A stretch of 64,000 bases of DNA from Perkinsela sp. CCAP 1560/9 (Eukaryota > Protista > Euglenozoa: Kinetoplastea). Positions within the stretch are counted from its first letter, which is position 1. Every line of letters starts with the position of its first letter. Shown one piece after another: positions 11,444-21,300 of this stretch. The stretch is taken from contig CBFFSA010000011.1 in NCBI GenBank assembly GCA_965644495.1, forward strand, positions 62,001 through 126,000, given 5' to 3'. A program made the position numbers and the translations under genes. Under the pieces are notes generated by a model that searched no databases, was not told the DNA's origin, and saw only the letters and a list, made by a program, of their open reading frames with translations.

Positions 11444-11980
11444 ATGTCCCTTGACACTAGCGTCGGCGAAGCTGGCAGTGCGACAAGTCGTTCTATGCGC
11501 GACATCACAGATCTTCATTGGGAAATTAATCAGGCTTTGAAATCCGTGAAGCCTACTCTTCCATGTCTTGTGCATTTGCGCATTTGCGTATCACAAGAAT
11601 ATTCGGAGGAAAGTGCACAAACAAAGAGAGGTGATTCCGTCTTTATTTTACCGCTGTACATAAAACCTGAGCATACGTTACAACAAATTGGCACGACAAT
11701 ATATCAAAGGGTTATGTTACGTCGAATCGTGGGGAATGATCAACAAAGAATCATACCAGTATCAAAAGAGCTTTCTTTTTGTGCAAACCAGATAGGCTTA
11801 GATCTAAGACTTTTGAAACCCATAAAGCAGGTAACGTTTTCCACGCCAGATATGTTCAAGCAATCTTCATGTAATAAAGATATTGCGACGATTTATCCTG
11901 GACAGACACAAGAAAATACTGCTACACTAGACAGTCTGCACTGGCGTCCAGGAAGCTCGCTTCTTGCAAGTGTTCTATAA
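11444..11980 (+). CDS. SAP18-like ubiquitin-fold protein
   Basis: PCLVHL, LYIKPEHTLQQI and C-terminal TLDSLHWRPGSSL resemble conserved SAP18 blocks. Confidence 0.55.
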   Translation: MSLDTSVGEAGSATSRSMRDITDLHWEINQALKSVKPTLPCLVHLRICVSQEYSEESAQTKRGDSVFILPLYIKPEHTLQQIGTTIYQRVMLRRIVGNDQQRIIPVSKELSFCANQIGLDLRLLKPIKQVTFSTPDMFKQSSCNKDIATIYPGQTQENTATLDSLHWRPGSSLLASVL

Positions 11981-12256
11981 TAAAACAACATACACGAAGT
12001 ACATAAATTTTAGATGCTCTGGGGCTCACCCACCTTCATAGAATGTGACGCTGTAGTTTTCTACGGCTGCAGCTCTAATTTTATGCCGATGCCGCAAATT
12101 TCGACGTTGGGAAGTTGGCATCAAATATTGTCTACATAACGAGAACGCTAGGAAATTCATATAGAAAAGTAGTAATTCAGATGTCTTAAATGACGTTTAC
12201 AATTGTAATGTTTTGCTATGAAGTGACTATAGATATTCGACGAATATATATGTATT

Positions 12257-14233
12257 ATGAGATTATATGCCACTGCTTGGAATTTCGGAGCTGGAAAACT
12301 GAGAGCTGAAATCTCCCAACCCCAAATACGTCCCCTGAAATGGATACTAGGCGAGAACGAAATGTCAGCTCAAATGATCGAAAAAGACGCCCAGTTACAA
12401 GAATTGAGCATCGCAAGCCGAAATAAAGGTTTTACCTTAAGGCTTGGGAAAATATATCGATCGGAGAGTGAGCCACTTCTTGTGTTTCTATCACTTAGAC
12501 ATAACTTGTCAGATAAGGAAACATTTTATACCACTGTTGATGTCTCTCCGCACATGCATGACTTCTTATGTACTTGCGATGACCTTGTCCTTAATTTCGC
12601 CTCTTGTGAAAATTATGAAATCAGTGAACACTGCAATCCGTTATTCATTAATCCTTGTTATCTATTCCGACCGCATCTAAGAGATAAGATAGATTATCCA
12701 TATTGGATTTATCTTTCTGTAAATAATGCGGCCTCCGATGCTCAACTCACTGGAATGCTGGCAGCTATTCGTTTAGAATACAGATTACAATCCGGAGCGA
12801 ATGGGACAAACGATATGTTACTTGAAGACCTTGTTCACAATCAAGGTATCAGTTCAGCATCTTATACGACAATTCCCAAGATATCGGAAGTCATACATGA
12901 AGATCCAATAAAGAGCAGGTTACTACGCCTAGAAGAATGTATACCTCTGGCCTCGGTTATTCTTCCCGGTAAGCTATATGTCGGCGGTGCAGAACCTGCA
13001 AAGGACCGAACACAGCTTCTTGCACTTGGCATTACACGAATCATCAACTTGAGCCCATCTAGTGTGCCGAACTACTATCCGGATTTGTTTTCATATGTAA
13101 CGGTACCGGTCTATGATACCTCCTCAGAGGACATTGGAGCTCTGCTTCCATTTATTCTTCGCGCCATAGAGGGATCGTCCAGTACGGAACGGCGTTTTCG
13201 TAGCTGTGTTCTAGAGGAAGATAAATCGGACCTTTTCGAAGAGTCATCTGTAATCTATATGCACTGCCAACAAGGCGCTTCTCGGTCAGTTGCTTTTGCG
13301 GCGGCATATCTTATGTGGCGCTTCGGGATGTGCACCGATTCGGCGTTAGGACACATTAAAAACAAGCGGTCTATTGCAAGTCCGAACACCGGTTTTCTTG
13401 CACAATTGTTTGTTTATCAGGAAAAATTGTCGAATCATGTCGCGCATGACTTCTATAGAGTCGGATACTACTTCGAACAAGACTGGGTATCGCGATGGGA
13501 GGAATATGACATTTTCTTGAAAAACGTAAATGTTGTCAGTAATGCTCTGCAGAATCCTCTGGTCTTGCACAAAGTGCACAGCGCAATACAGGATGAAGAT
13601 ATAACTAATGCTTCCCTCAATCAAATACAACTGGATTCCAGGTTTATTTACTTCCTGGAAACCTATAACTGCAGAGAAGATGTCGACGCATTGCACAACG
13701 GATTCTCTTCGCTTTGCCAATGGTGGATTCCCCAGAACCTATTCTCCGAGCTCCAGGGGGGTGACACGAAAAATATTTCATCATGTGTTCTGTCCAGAAG
13801 TAGTCGACGATTTGTTTCTGACTTGCTGACTTGCACGTTTTCGCATATACGCTTTAGCCAATACACGAGGGACTTCTGTGAAGCCACTTCTAGCATTCTT
13901 TCGAAGCTTGTGGATCTTAATTTAGATGTTTACGATGTACACTGCAAGCAAGCTCAATCTAGCACTCGAAATGGAATTTCCATCATTTACCCTCTACGCT
14001 TTCTGCGTCTTACAGGAGGTGACGAATCAGTTTTTACGTCACCTTTAGATGGATCAAAAAATGCGAACGACTGCGGAGATATTCAATATTCAAAATTTAA
14101 GTTGCCTATTCATGTAACAAGTCATGGAACTGTGACACATAAAACAAGACCCAAAGCGCTATTTCAAGCTGTAGACCATCCCGGATTGAATGGTGCATTA
14201 AAGATGCTTAAAGATACGTACTTAGCTCCGTAG
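12257..14233 (+). CDS. Dual-specificity protein phosphatase (MAPK phosphatase-like)
   Basis: LYVGG, GITRIIN, VYD acid loop, HCQQGASRS, AYLM, SPNTGFLAQL. Confidence 0.9.
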   Translation: MRLYATAWNFGAGKLRAEISQPQIRPLKWILGENEMSAQMIEKDAQLQELSIASRNKGFTLRLGKIYRSESEPLLVFLSLRHNLSDKETFYTTVDVSPHMHDFLCTCDDLVLNFASCENYEISEHCNPLFINPCYLFRPHLRDKIDYPYWIYLSVNNAASDAQLTGMLAAIRLEYRLQSGANGTNDMLLEDLVHNQGISSASYTTIPKISEVIHEDPIKSRLLRLEECIPLASVILPGKLYVGGAEPAKDRTQLLALGITRIINLSPSSVPNYYPDLFSYVTVPVYDTSSEDIGALLPFILRAIEGSSSTERRFRSCVLEEDKSDLFEESSVIYMHCQQGASRSVAFAAAYLMWRFGMCTDSALGHIKNKRSIASPNTGFLAQLFVYQEKLSNHVAHDFYRVGYYFEQDWVSRWEEYDIFLKNVNVVSNALQNPLVLHKVHSAIQDEDITNASLNQIQLDSRFIYFLETYNCREDVDALHNGFSSLCQWWIPQNLFSELQGGDTKNISSCVLSRSSRRFVSDLLTCTFSHIRFSQYTRDFCEATSSILSKLVDLNLDVYDVHCKQAQSSTRNGISIIYPLRFLRLTGGDESVFTSPLDGSKNANDCGDIQYSKFKLPIHVTSHGTVTHKTRPKALFQAVDHPGLNGALKMLKDTYLAP

Positions 14234-14450
14234 ATGATCCATGTGTTTTATTGTGATCTGCCTAGGCATGTGCAGGCATGCTCACCTTTGAATACATGCG
14301 TATTAAACAGTACTGAAGTATTAGCAGAATCCACTCGTTTTGTACATTTCCAACGGTTGTTTAATTGTCGTTGATACTAAATTATTTATAATCATTTGTA
14401 GTTTCTTTGTATTCTGTAGGCTTGTACTGATTTTTTATTTGTCTTGAGAA

Positions 14451-16961
14451 ATGCTTGATGAGACCTCTGAAGTAGATTATTACCAAACTCTAAACGTCGA
14501 GGCCGATTGCTCACAGGATGCAATAAAGAAAGCCTTTCGATCCGGAAGCGAACAATATCACACAGATAAGCATGCAGGTCAGAATGAGGAGCAGCAAAAA
14601 CTCATGAATTCTCGGTTTCAGACTCTAAACGAGGCCTACCAAGTGCTGAGCGATCCGCGAAAACGTGTTGCATACGATAAATTTGGCAGAATAGGGGTGG
14701 ACCGTTTTCTCCCGCTTGTCCCTGCCACATTCGAGGGTGAACGACTGGCTTATGGGTTGGATATTCTTGCCGCCCGGCAGGAACTAGCGCGCAGACAAAG
14801 CCACTCAACTGCTACAAGTGATTTAGAGATTGGTCTGGATGTACAACCGCTGAGCCAACGGTTGTTCGGGGAGGATGTGCCGTCTGCTGCTCCAGAGACA
14901 GAAACCGAGATTGAGGATAGCACAGAGACTTTTCCAGAAGAGCGCGAAGCAGAACATGAGGGTAAACCCGTGGTCGATACCTCTATTATGGAGGACGCAG
15001 ATGAAGTGACGAAAACAACCGAGACCAAGCTGAAATATGTAGGAGCCAGCAATGTACCCTTCATCCCAGGGGTTGTAGAAGTCGATGGGAAAAAGAAAGT
15101 TGTGCTTATTCCCCAGTCCGAGGAAGTTCAAAAAAAGCTGGCCTCACGTCTTGGTATGCGCGTAGATGACACCAAGACTACTCCGCTAATTTCGATTTCC
15201 CGCCCACCCAAAACCCCCCTTCTCCGGGCTCTGCGCCTTTCACACAGTTTTCAGCAACCTATTGGCTCCAACACGATTAAGTTCTTTGCCTCTACACGGG
15301 CGCTGCAACCAGGCACTGGCATACTAGTAGGGGCAGACCTCTTTGCACCCCTTAGCGCGTGTGCCCAGGCGGGTGGGAAAGTCGTGCTTGGACCAGGGGG
15401 ATTCAAATGCAGCTTGAGCTATGACCGCCAGCTCTCCCCATATTGGGGATGGAAGGAGAGGATTCACGTTGGGTGTGGAAATCGCGAGCTCGACGTCACG
15501 CCCATTAAGGCGGGCTGGTATACAGGGATGACCTTCAGTCTCCGTAGGAAATTGTCGCCATCGCTGAAGGGTGAGCTATCACTTACCGTGAATTCTCGAC
15601 GTTATGGAACCTCTGTGCCACAGGAAATAGAGGTTCCTTCCACGGCACTGCAACTGACAGTTCTGAACCATTCGGAAACGTCTGCGAGTGGCACTATGTG
15701 GCAGGGCATGCTCAATTTGGGGTACCAAACATTATCTTTTGCAATCGTGCGCCACTTAGAAAATTTTGACCCCAGACTTTCGAATTTACTTGATGCAAGA
15801 GCTACAGAAGAGAGAGTTACGACGAGTGGAACAAGACTATCTTGGACAACTATAGTTTGGCGAGCTTTAATTCCGATAATAGCCGTTACGCGCAGTGCCT
15901 TCTCCAAGGCATTAGAATTTTCTCCACTCCCCACGGGTAGAAGGACATCTCGCAAGCATAAAAATCCTGTGAAGGAACGCGAACCCGATACATTGAAACC
16001 AGGTTATACCGAGTCCATCTCAAGCAGCACAGAGGAAGACGACTCCGACGATGAAAGTGAAGCAAGCGATGACGAAAATCCTGCAGTGATCCCAACAAGC
16101 ACCACCGCTCCACTGAGTGCGCTTGCCACCGAGGCACCGAAAAAACCTCGACTGTCGGCCACGCAAAATGGCATGCTGGATATTTTCCACGCACGCGTGG
16201 TATACAACACAGAGTGGTGGCTGCGAATCACAAAATACCACCAGTTCGGGCTTCGGGTCTCCACCTCGTTTCCTCTTTTTGGCGTTCCCTGGTTCGCCGT
16301 GCTGGAACTCTCACCTGGATACCGTCATATGCAGCACACAATTCGAATTCCTCTGCTGTGTTCCACCTCTACCCGAGTTACTGTCACAGCATTGTGGTCC
16401 CTGGTGCCCTGGACCGCATGTAGACTTCTTTCGCGATTTGTACTTTGTCCTCTATTGATGCTGTATCGGTTGCGAAAAGCAGCGCGCCATCGTACAGAAA
16501 ACAAAGAGCATATGTGGGCTTCTTATCACCATGCGTTACAGGAGCAGACTGCGTTGCTCGGTAGCACACCTGAACCACTGATTGTTGGAGATTTAGCTTG
16601 TGTAGGGCAACTTGAAATTATTAAAGCAGAGTATGGTGTGCTACAGCGCACTTCTTTTTTCAAAAAACAAGGGTTTAAGCCTGAAATTTTTAGGGATAGT
16701 AAGGAATCTGAATTACCTCCATCACCGCCCCTTAGTATTGATGTTTGCAGATCGCTACAGCAAAAGATTGAAAATAACTCAATTTTTCTTGCAAAGGGGT
16801 CAAAATCAGCACTCGCTGGATTTTATGACCCAGAACCTACAGGTTACATACGAAAGCAGCTGCGCATCGAGTATAGATTTCGAAACAATTACCATTCCGT
16901 TACATACGACGACATGGACATTGTGGAGATTCCATTAGAAGAGCATGCAAAGCGTAGATGA
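14451..16961 (+). CDS. DnaJ protein, DNAJC11-like
   Basis: N-terminal J domain (DYY..L...IKKAFR...HTDK...AYQVLSDPRKR..YD); C-terminal DUF3395-type IIKAEYG...SKSALAGFYDP...YRF. Confidence 0.88.
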   Translation: MLDETSEVDYYQTLNVEADCSQDAIKKAFRSGSEQYHTDKHAGQNEEQQKLMNSRFQTLNEAYQVLSDPRKRVAYDKFGRIGVDRFLPLVPATFEGERLAYGLDILAARQELARRQSHSTATSDLEIGLDVQPLSQRLFGEDVPSAAPETETEIEDSTETFPEEREAEHEGKPVVDTSIMEDADEVTKTTETKLKYVGASNVPFIPGVVEVDGKKKVVLIPQSEEVQKKLASRLGMRVDDTKTTPLISISRPPKTPLLRALRLSHSFQQPIGSNTIKFFASTRALQPGTGILVGADLFAPLSACAQAGGKVVLGPGGFKCSLSYDRQLSPYWGWKERIHVGCGNRELDVTPIKAGWYTGMTFSLRRKLSPSLKGELSLTVNSRRYGTSVPQEIEVPSTALQLTVLNHSETSASGTMWQGMLNLGYQTLSFAIVRHLENFDPRLSNLLDARATEERVTTSGTRLSWTTIVWRALIPIIAVTRSAFSKALEFSPLPTGRRTSRKHKNPVKEREPDTLKPGYTESISSSTEEDDSDDESEASDDENPAVIPTSTTAPLSALATEAPKKPRLSATQNGMLDIFHARVVYNTEWWLRITKYHQFGLRVSTSFPLFGVPWFAVLELSPGYRHMQHTIRIPLLCSTSTRVTVTALWSLVPWTACRLLSRFVLCPLLMLYRLRKAARHRTENKEHMWASYHHALQEQTALLGSTPEPLIVGDLACVGQLEIIKAEYGVLQRTSFFKKQGFKPEIFRDSKESELPPSPPLSIDVCRSLQQKIENNSIFLAKGSKSALAGFYDPEPTGYIRKQLRIEYRFRNNYHSVTYDDMDIVEIPLEEHAKRR

Positions 16962-17130
16962 GGGCTATTGTGGGCCTTGTAGAGTATGTAACAGGTGCGC
17001 ATATTTATGAATGTTGAGCAAAAGCGTTGAATTGGAGAAGCAAAATTTTAACTCTCTTTTATCTGGATCTTCAAATAAAGTCTACCACGGATAGTCATAA
17101 CACTTTCTCCATCTAATTTCATATTTATTC

Positions 17131-17943
17131 ATGCTTCTTCCCAATACATACGCAGCAGATGATGCTTTACCTGCTCGCCCGGCCAAAGTTAGAGGCAACG
17201 CGCTGCCTGCTCAGTACGACCTTGCACGTTTCCGACAAAACATCACAAACCTCCACCCTACTTGGACGACATACAATGACATAACTTCGTGGTATGGGGT
17301 AACGTGTGAGGAGGGAGAAGTCACTGAAATTCACTGGAATGGAATGTCACTACAGGGAACCATGAAATGGGCAGCGCTCCCCCCTACTGTCGTGCAGTTT
17401 GACGCAGGACAGAATGCAGTGGTCGGAACGCTTGAAACAGAAACGCTGCCACTGAACTTGCACCGTCTCAGAATGTACCAGAACAGGCTAGCGGGATTTC
17501 TAAATTTTTCAGCCTTACCCCCGGAGATACAATACGTGAATTTAGCGAGCAATTTTTTTACTGGGGGCTTAACGCTTGAAGCTCTTCCGACCACATTATG
17601 CCGAATCTTGCTTCAAGGGAATGCGTTCAGCGGCGAGTTGGACCTTAGTGCACTACCCCCAAAATTAGACTCCATGGGGCTTCATGATAATAATTTGGAA
17701 GGTCCCGTGGAGCTTCGTTTTTTGCCGGAAAGCTTGGGCGTGTTGTACTTAAGCCTGAATCGCCTTTCAGGAGTGGCCTACCTGGACAAGCTCCCGAAAG
17801 AATTAACAGTGCTGCGGTTGTCCGACAACTGCTTTGAAGGTTTTGTACCTACTCCTCCGCCGTTTCACGTGCAGTACGTGAGACAAGGAAATGTTGAGCG
17901 ATGCGGCAAACGTTTGGCAATCCTTGCTCAAGGTAGGTCTTGA
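17131..17943 (+). CDS. Leucine-rich repeat protein
   Basis: WYGVTC cap; LPxxLxxLxLxxNxFxG repeats. Confidence 0.88.
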   Translation: MLLPNTYAADDALPARPAKVRGNALPAQYDLARFRQNITNLHPTWTTYNDITSWYGVTCEEGEVTEIHWNGMSLQGTMKWAALPPTVVQFDAGQNAVVGTLETETLPLNLHRLRMYQNRLAGFLNFSALPPEIQYVNLASNFFTGGLTLEALPTTLCRILLQGNAFSGELDLSALPPKLDSMGLHDNNLEGPVELRFLPESLGVLYLSLNRLSGVAYLDKLPKELTVLRLSDNCFEGFVPTPPPFHVQYVRQGNVERCGKRLAILAQGRS

Positions 17944-18352
17944 ACCAGTGGTGCCAGTAAATCTCGTAATTTCTGATCTTTCTTTCACGTACACATGCTC
18001 GTTACGCCCAAAGGATATTTGCTCTGGTCCACTTCATATTTTAATCTTGAAAAGATGTAAAATATTCTTTTTGAAGATACCTTTCAGATGTTTATTTTTT
18101 ATTTACTCTACGACGCCGTGCTTTCGCTCCTCAAAATTATCAGTGTTGAGTCTGGTACGCTTAGGCACGTTGCGTCGAAACCTAGGGGCATAGTATCTAA
18201 TCAAACTTCACGCACTATGAATTACAATAATATCACCTATTACGCAAGCAGAATAGTTTTTGAACAATTAAACAATTTCCCGAGGAATTGATTGAACGTA
18301 TTTAGGATTTACTCTATATGTATCATACATGTTCTGCACTTAGACAGTATTC

Positions 18353-21300
18353 TTGGATTGCCCCAACAACTGCTACTTCATGCTGTTGAAATATTCCGAT
18401 CAGAATGGCCAGCAGCTGTACAGAGACGGCGAAGGGCCTGAGGCAAATCTCATTTGGTGTGATAATAAAATGTTGCGCTTGAACCTCCATATTCCTCATC
18501 TGGGTGAAGCGGGGATCGTGACGTCTGATTCTCAAGATAAACAAAGCATATCATCTTCGGCGTCGACGATTTTTTGCACACACAAATGTTCTTTTATAAC
18601 GTTGGGCGAAGCGGAAAGACACGAGCTAACGATCTATGACACGGCGACCGAGGATATACAAGTCTTACCGCTCGATAATTTTCAACCACATCAATTAATT
18701 CCATTGAGCCATTACAGAGGTGTAGTTCTCATAGGTTCCACTGCAGTTACTAGATCCGATTTGAAAAGGTCAGAGCACAGCATTGCGTATTTTGTTAATC
18801 TAGAAGGTTCTCTGCACCCCATGCAGTTGTATCCGTTGGAACTATTGAGCTTTATTTCAGAGGAGCTGTACTCGTGTACTCCTAAAAAAAGCTTCCCGGC
18901 CTGTCAATTCGAGCCAGCGTCTATCCTAAAGGTGTTGGATATCACAAACGTGGATGCCTGTGCATTGCCTGCGTCGGTATTGACGAGGAAAGACGATACA
19001 AAAGAGATTGGGTGCTATTTAGCGGTGATATGTGTGTTGGACATCGATTCCACACCTACGAAAAATAATGAGCATTCCCTTCAACATTACAGACTGCTAC
19101 TCATTGCATTTGAGTTATCTCCTTGTGGATCCAAGCTTCGATGCTTTCCTTTGTCATACTTTGATCAGTGGAATTCATCGGGGTGTTCGTTAAGCGATGT
19201 CAGCGCTGCGCTTCAAATTCTTCATACTGAAGATGACTTCATGGCGTGTATAGCCGTAAAGCATCCCGGTAAAGCTTTTCCTTTGGTAGATGACCCTTCT
19301 GGGGATGCCCACTCCTGGTGGATATCTTTGTACAATTACGACCTGCAAAAAAAGAACATTTTAAACTTACAGAAATGCCAATGGAATCTAGTACGCACGT
19401 TTCCTGTTGCATACCTCTCTCCCGGATTCGTTATCAATTCACCCTCGGAATGGCCAGATATTTCTCTATCTCCAATGAGATGTCCTTCTGATGCGTACTT
19501 GTGGTCAAAAGTTGAACTTTTGAAATGTCCCGAAACAAGGATGTTCATTTTTTTGTTGGAAATGACAGAGCAAATGTCTACTCGATCAACTTACGGGTAT
19601 TATTATTTCCGTCCAAGAGACGGCACGATAATTCCGGAAAATGACGTTCTGACGTTTACCGTTGAAAGGACACTGGATCTCTTGCATCAGAACAGGCACG
19701 ATTCGGGACTACTAAGATCGCTCGAACCATATGATACCCAAACAGGGGCATGTTTGAAGAATTTCCATCAAGTTTACCTAGAACATGCCCGCATCTCCTG
19801 TTCATTTCTAAGAGAGTTTCTTTATCTTGTACAAGAATCTGTCTGCGATACTACAGCCATGTATATTCGATCGTGGATAATTTGCAATAAAAATAAACCA
19901 AATGCCAACCAGACAGAATTTGCAGCTGCAGACCACGATTACGAAGACATCAAAAATGAATGGTTATATCTAAAGGAATATATTATTCGATTTGTTGGCA
20001 CACAGAATTATGAGAGTGTTTCTGCGGAACGTGCTTTGAGTGCGACAGAGGATAAATCGCGGTTCCTCTCAAGCGCTATTGGGAACCACATACTTGCTAG
20101 TCTTCACTTACTGCGTGAATCAGTTTTGCTACAAGAGAAATATAGAAATGCATATTTAATGGTGCCTTCACTAATCGCTTTAGCAAAAGTAATAGGAGCC
20201 TGTAGTTATGAAAGGTACTATCAATCTTTTAACGATGCTAACGGACGCCTCCTTGAGGAATCTGTGTACGACCTGGAAGCGAAAACGGGAAAAGAAGATT
20301 TTCATTCACTTGTGATCTTGATTAAGCAGTCACACTTCAAAATAGCTCCATCGCATCTTTATAACGTAGTTTACCGAATATGTCAATACTTTGACGAGCA
20401 GTGCGTTCTGGATATTGAGACCTTAATTAAATCTAGTCTTCGGAAAATAGTATCGTGCGCGGGCAGGCCACCAAGTAGAGCGTTTGAGTGTCATATTCCG
20501 AATTCTTTGTTTGAAAAGTACAATAACATTATGTACTTATTCTCCATCATTTCATTTTTGCAGAGCACTGAGGAAAAGTACACAAATTTGACCGAAGCAA
20601 TCGGTGTGCGTCATTCATGGTGGAACAACTGGGAATCTATACGGAACGACGAACAGAAACACTTTTCTATTCAAGACGTAAATTACACTTACAGAAAAGG
20701 TGAAAAAAATCCCGCGGTTTTCCGAATACTCAACGTAGCGGCGCAGCAACTCTGCGAATTAAACTCCTCTGTGGGCACGTCACTAAGAATTGAATTTAGA
20801 AAAAAAATTCTTCAAAATAGAGCTACAGGCACAACGTCACAATTTTATGTTTTCATCGATAAAATAGAAATGATAAATGAGTCTTTGGAAGAGGGAAATC
20901 GTACTTTAGCATTGCAATTGAACGCTTCTCACACCTTAAAAATAGATAATTACGAGCAGGGCAACGACGTGCAGCCGATTCTGCGAAGACGGATGCTCAA
21001 AATATTGACACTACCCCTAGCACGTGGCCTACTTGGTCTGGCATCCCAAACTACGAATTCGATAAATCGGACTTCAGTGAAGAAATTGCCTCTTATCGCT
21101 TTGGAAGGAGTTGCGGAAAAGCTTACTTTTGAAATCCAATGGAGTCAAGTAGAAGACATGTACCGAGATACGACGAGCACAGAAATAACTTTACATGGTT
21201 CTGTTCGTTCCACATTTATGTTTTGGGCTATTTTTCACAATGCTTGTTCGCACGGTTTAGCATTAATGCCTAATGCACGAGCCGACCCGAGTAAGATTTA

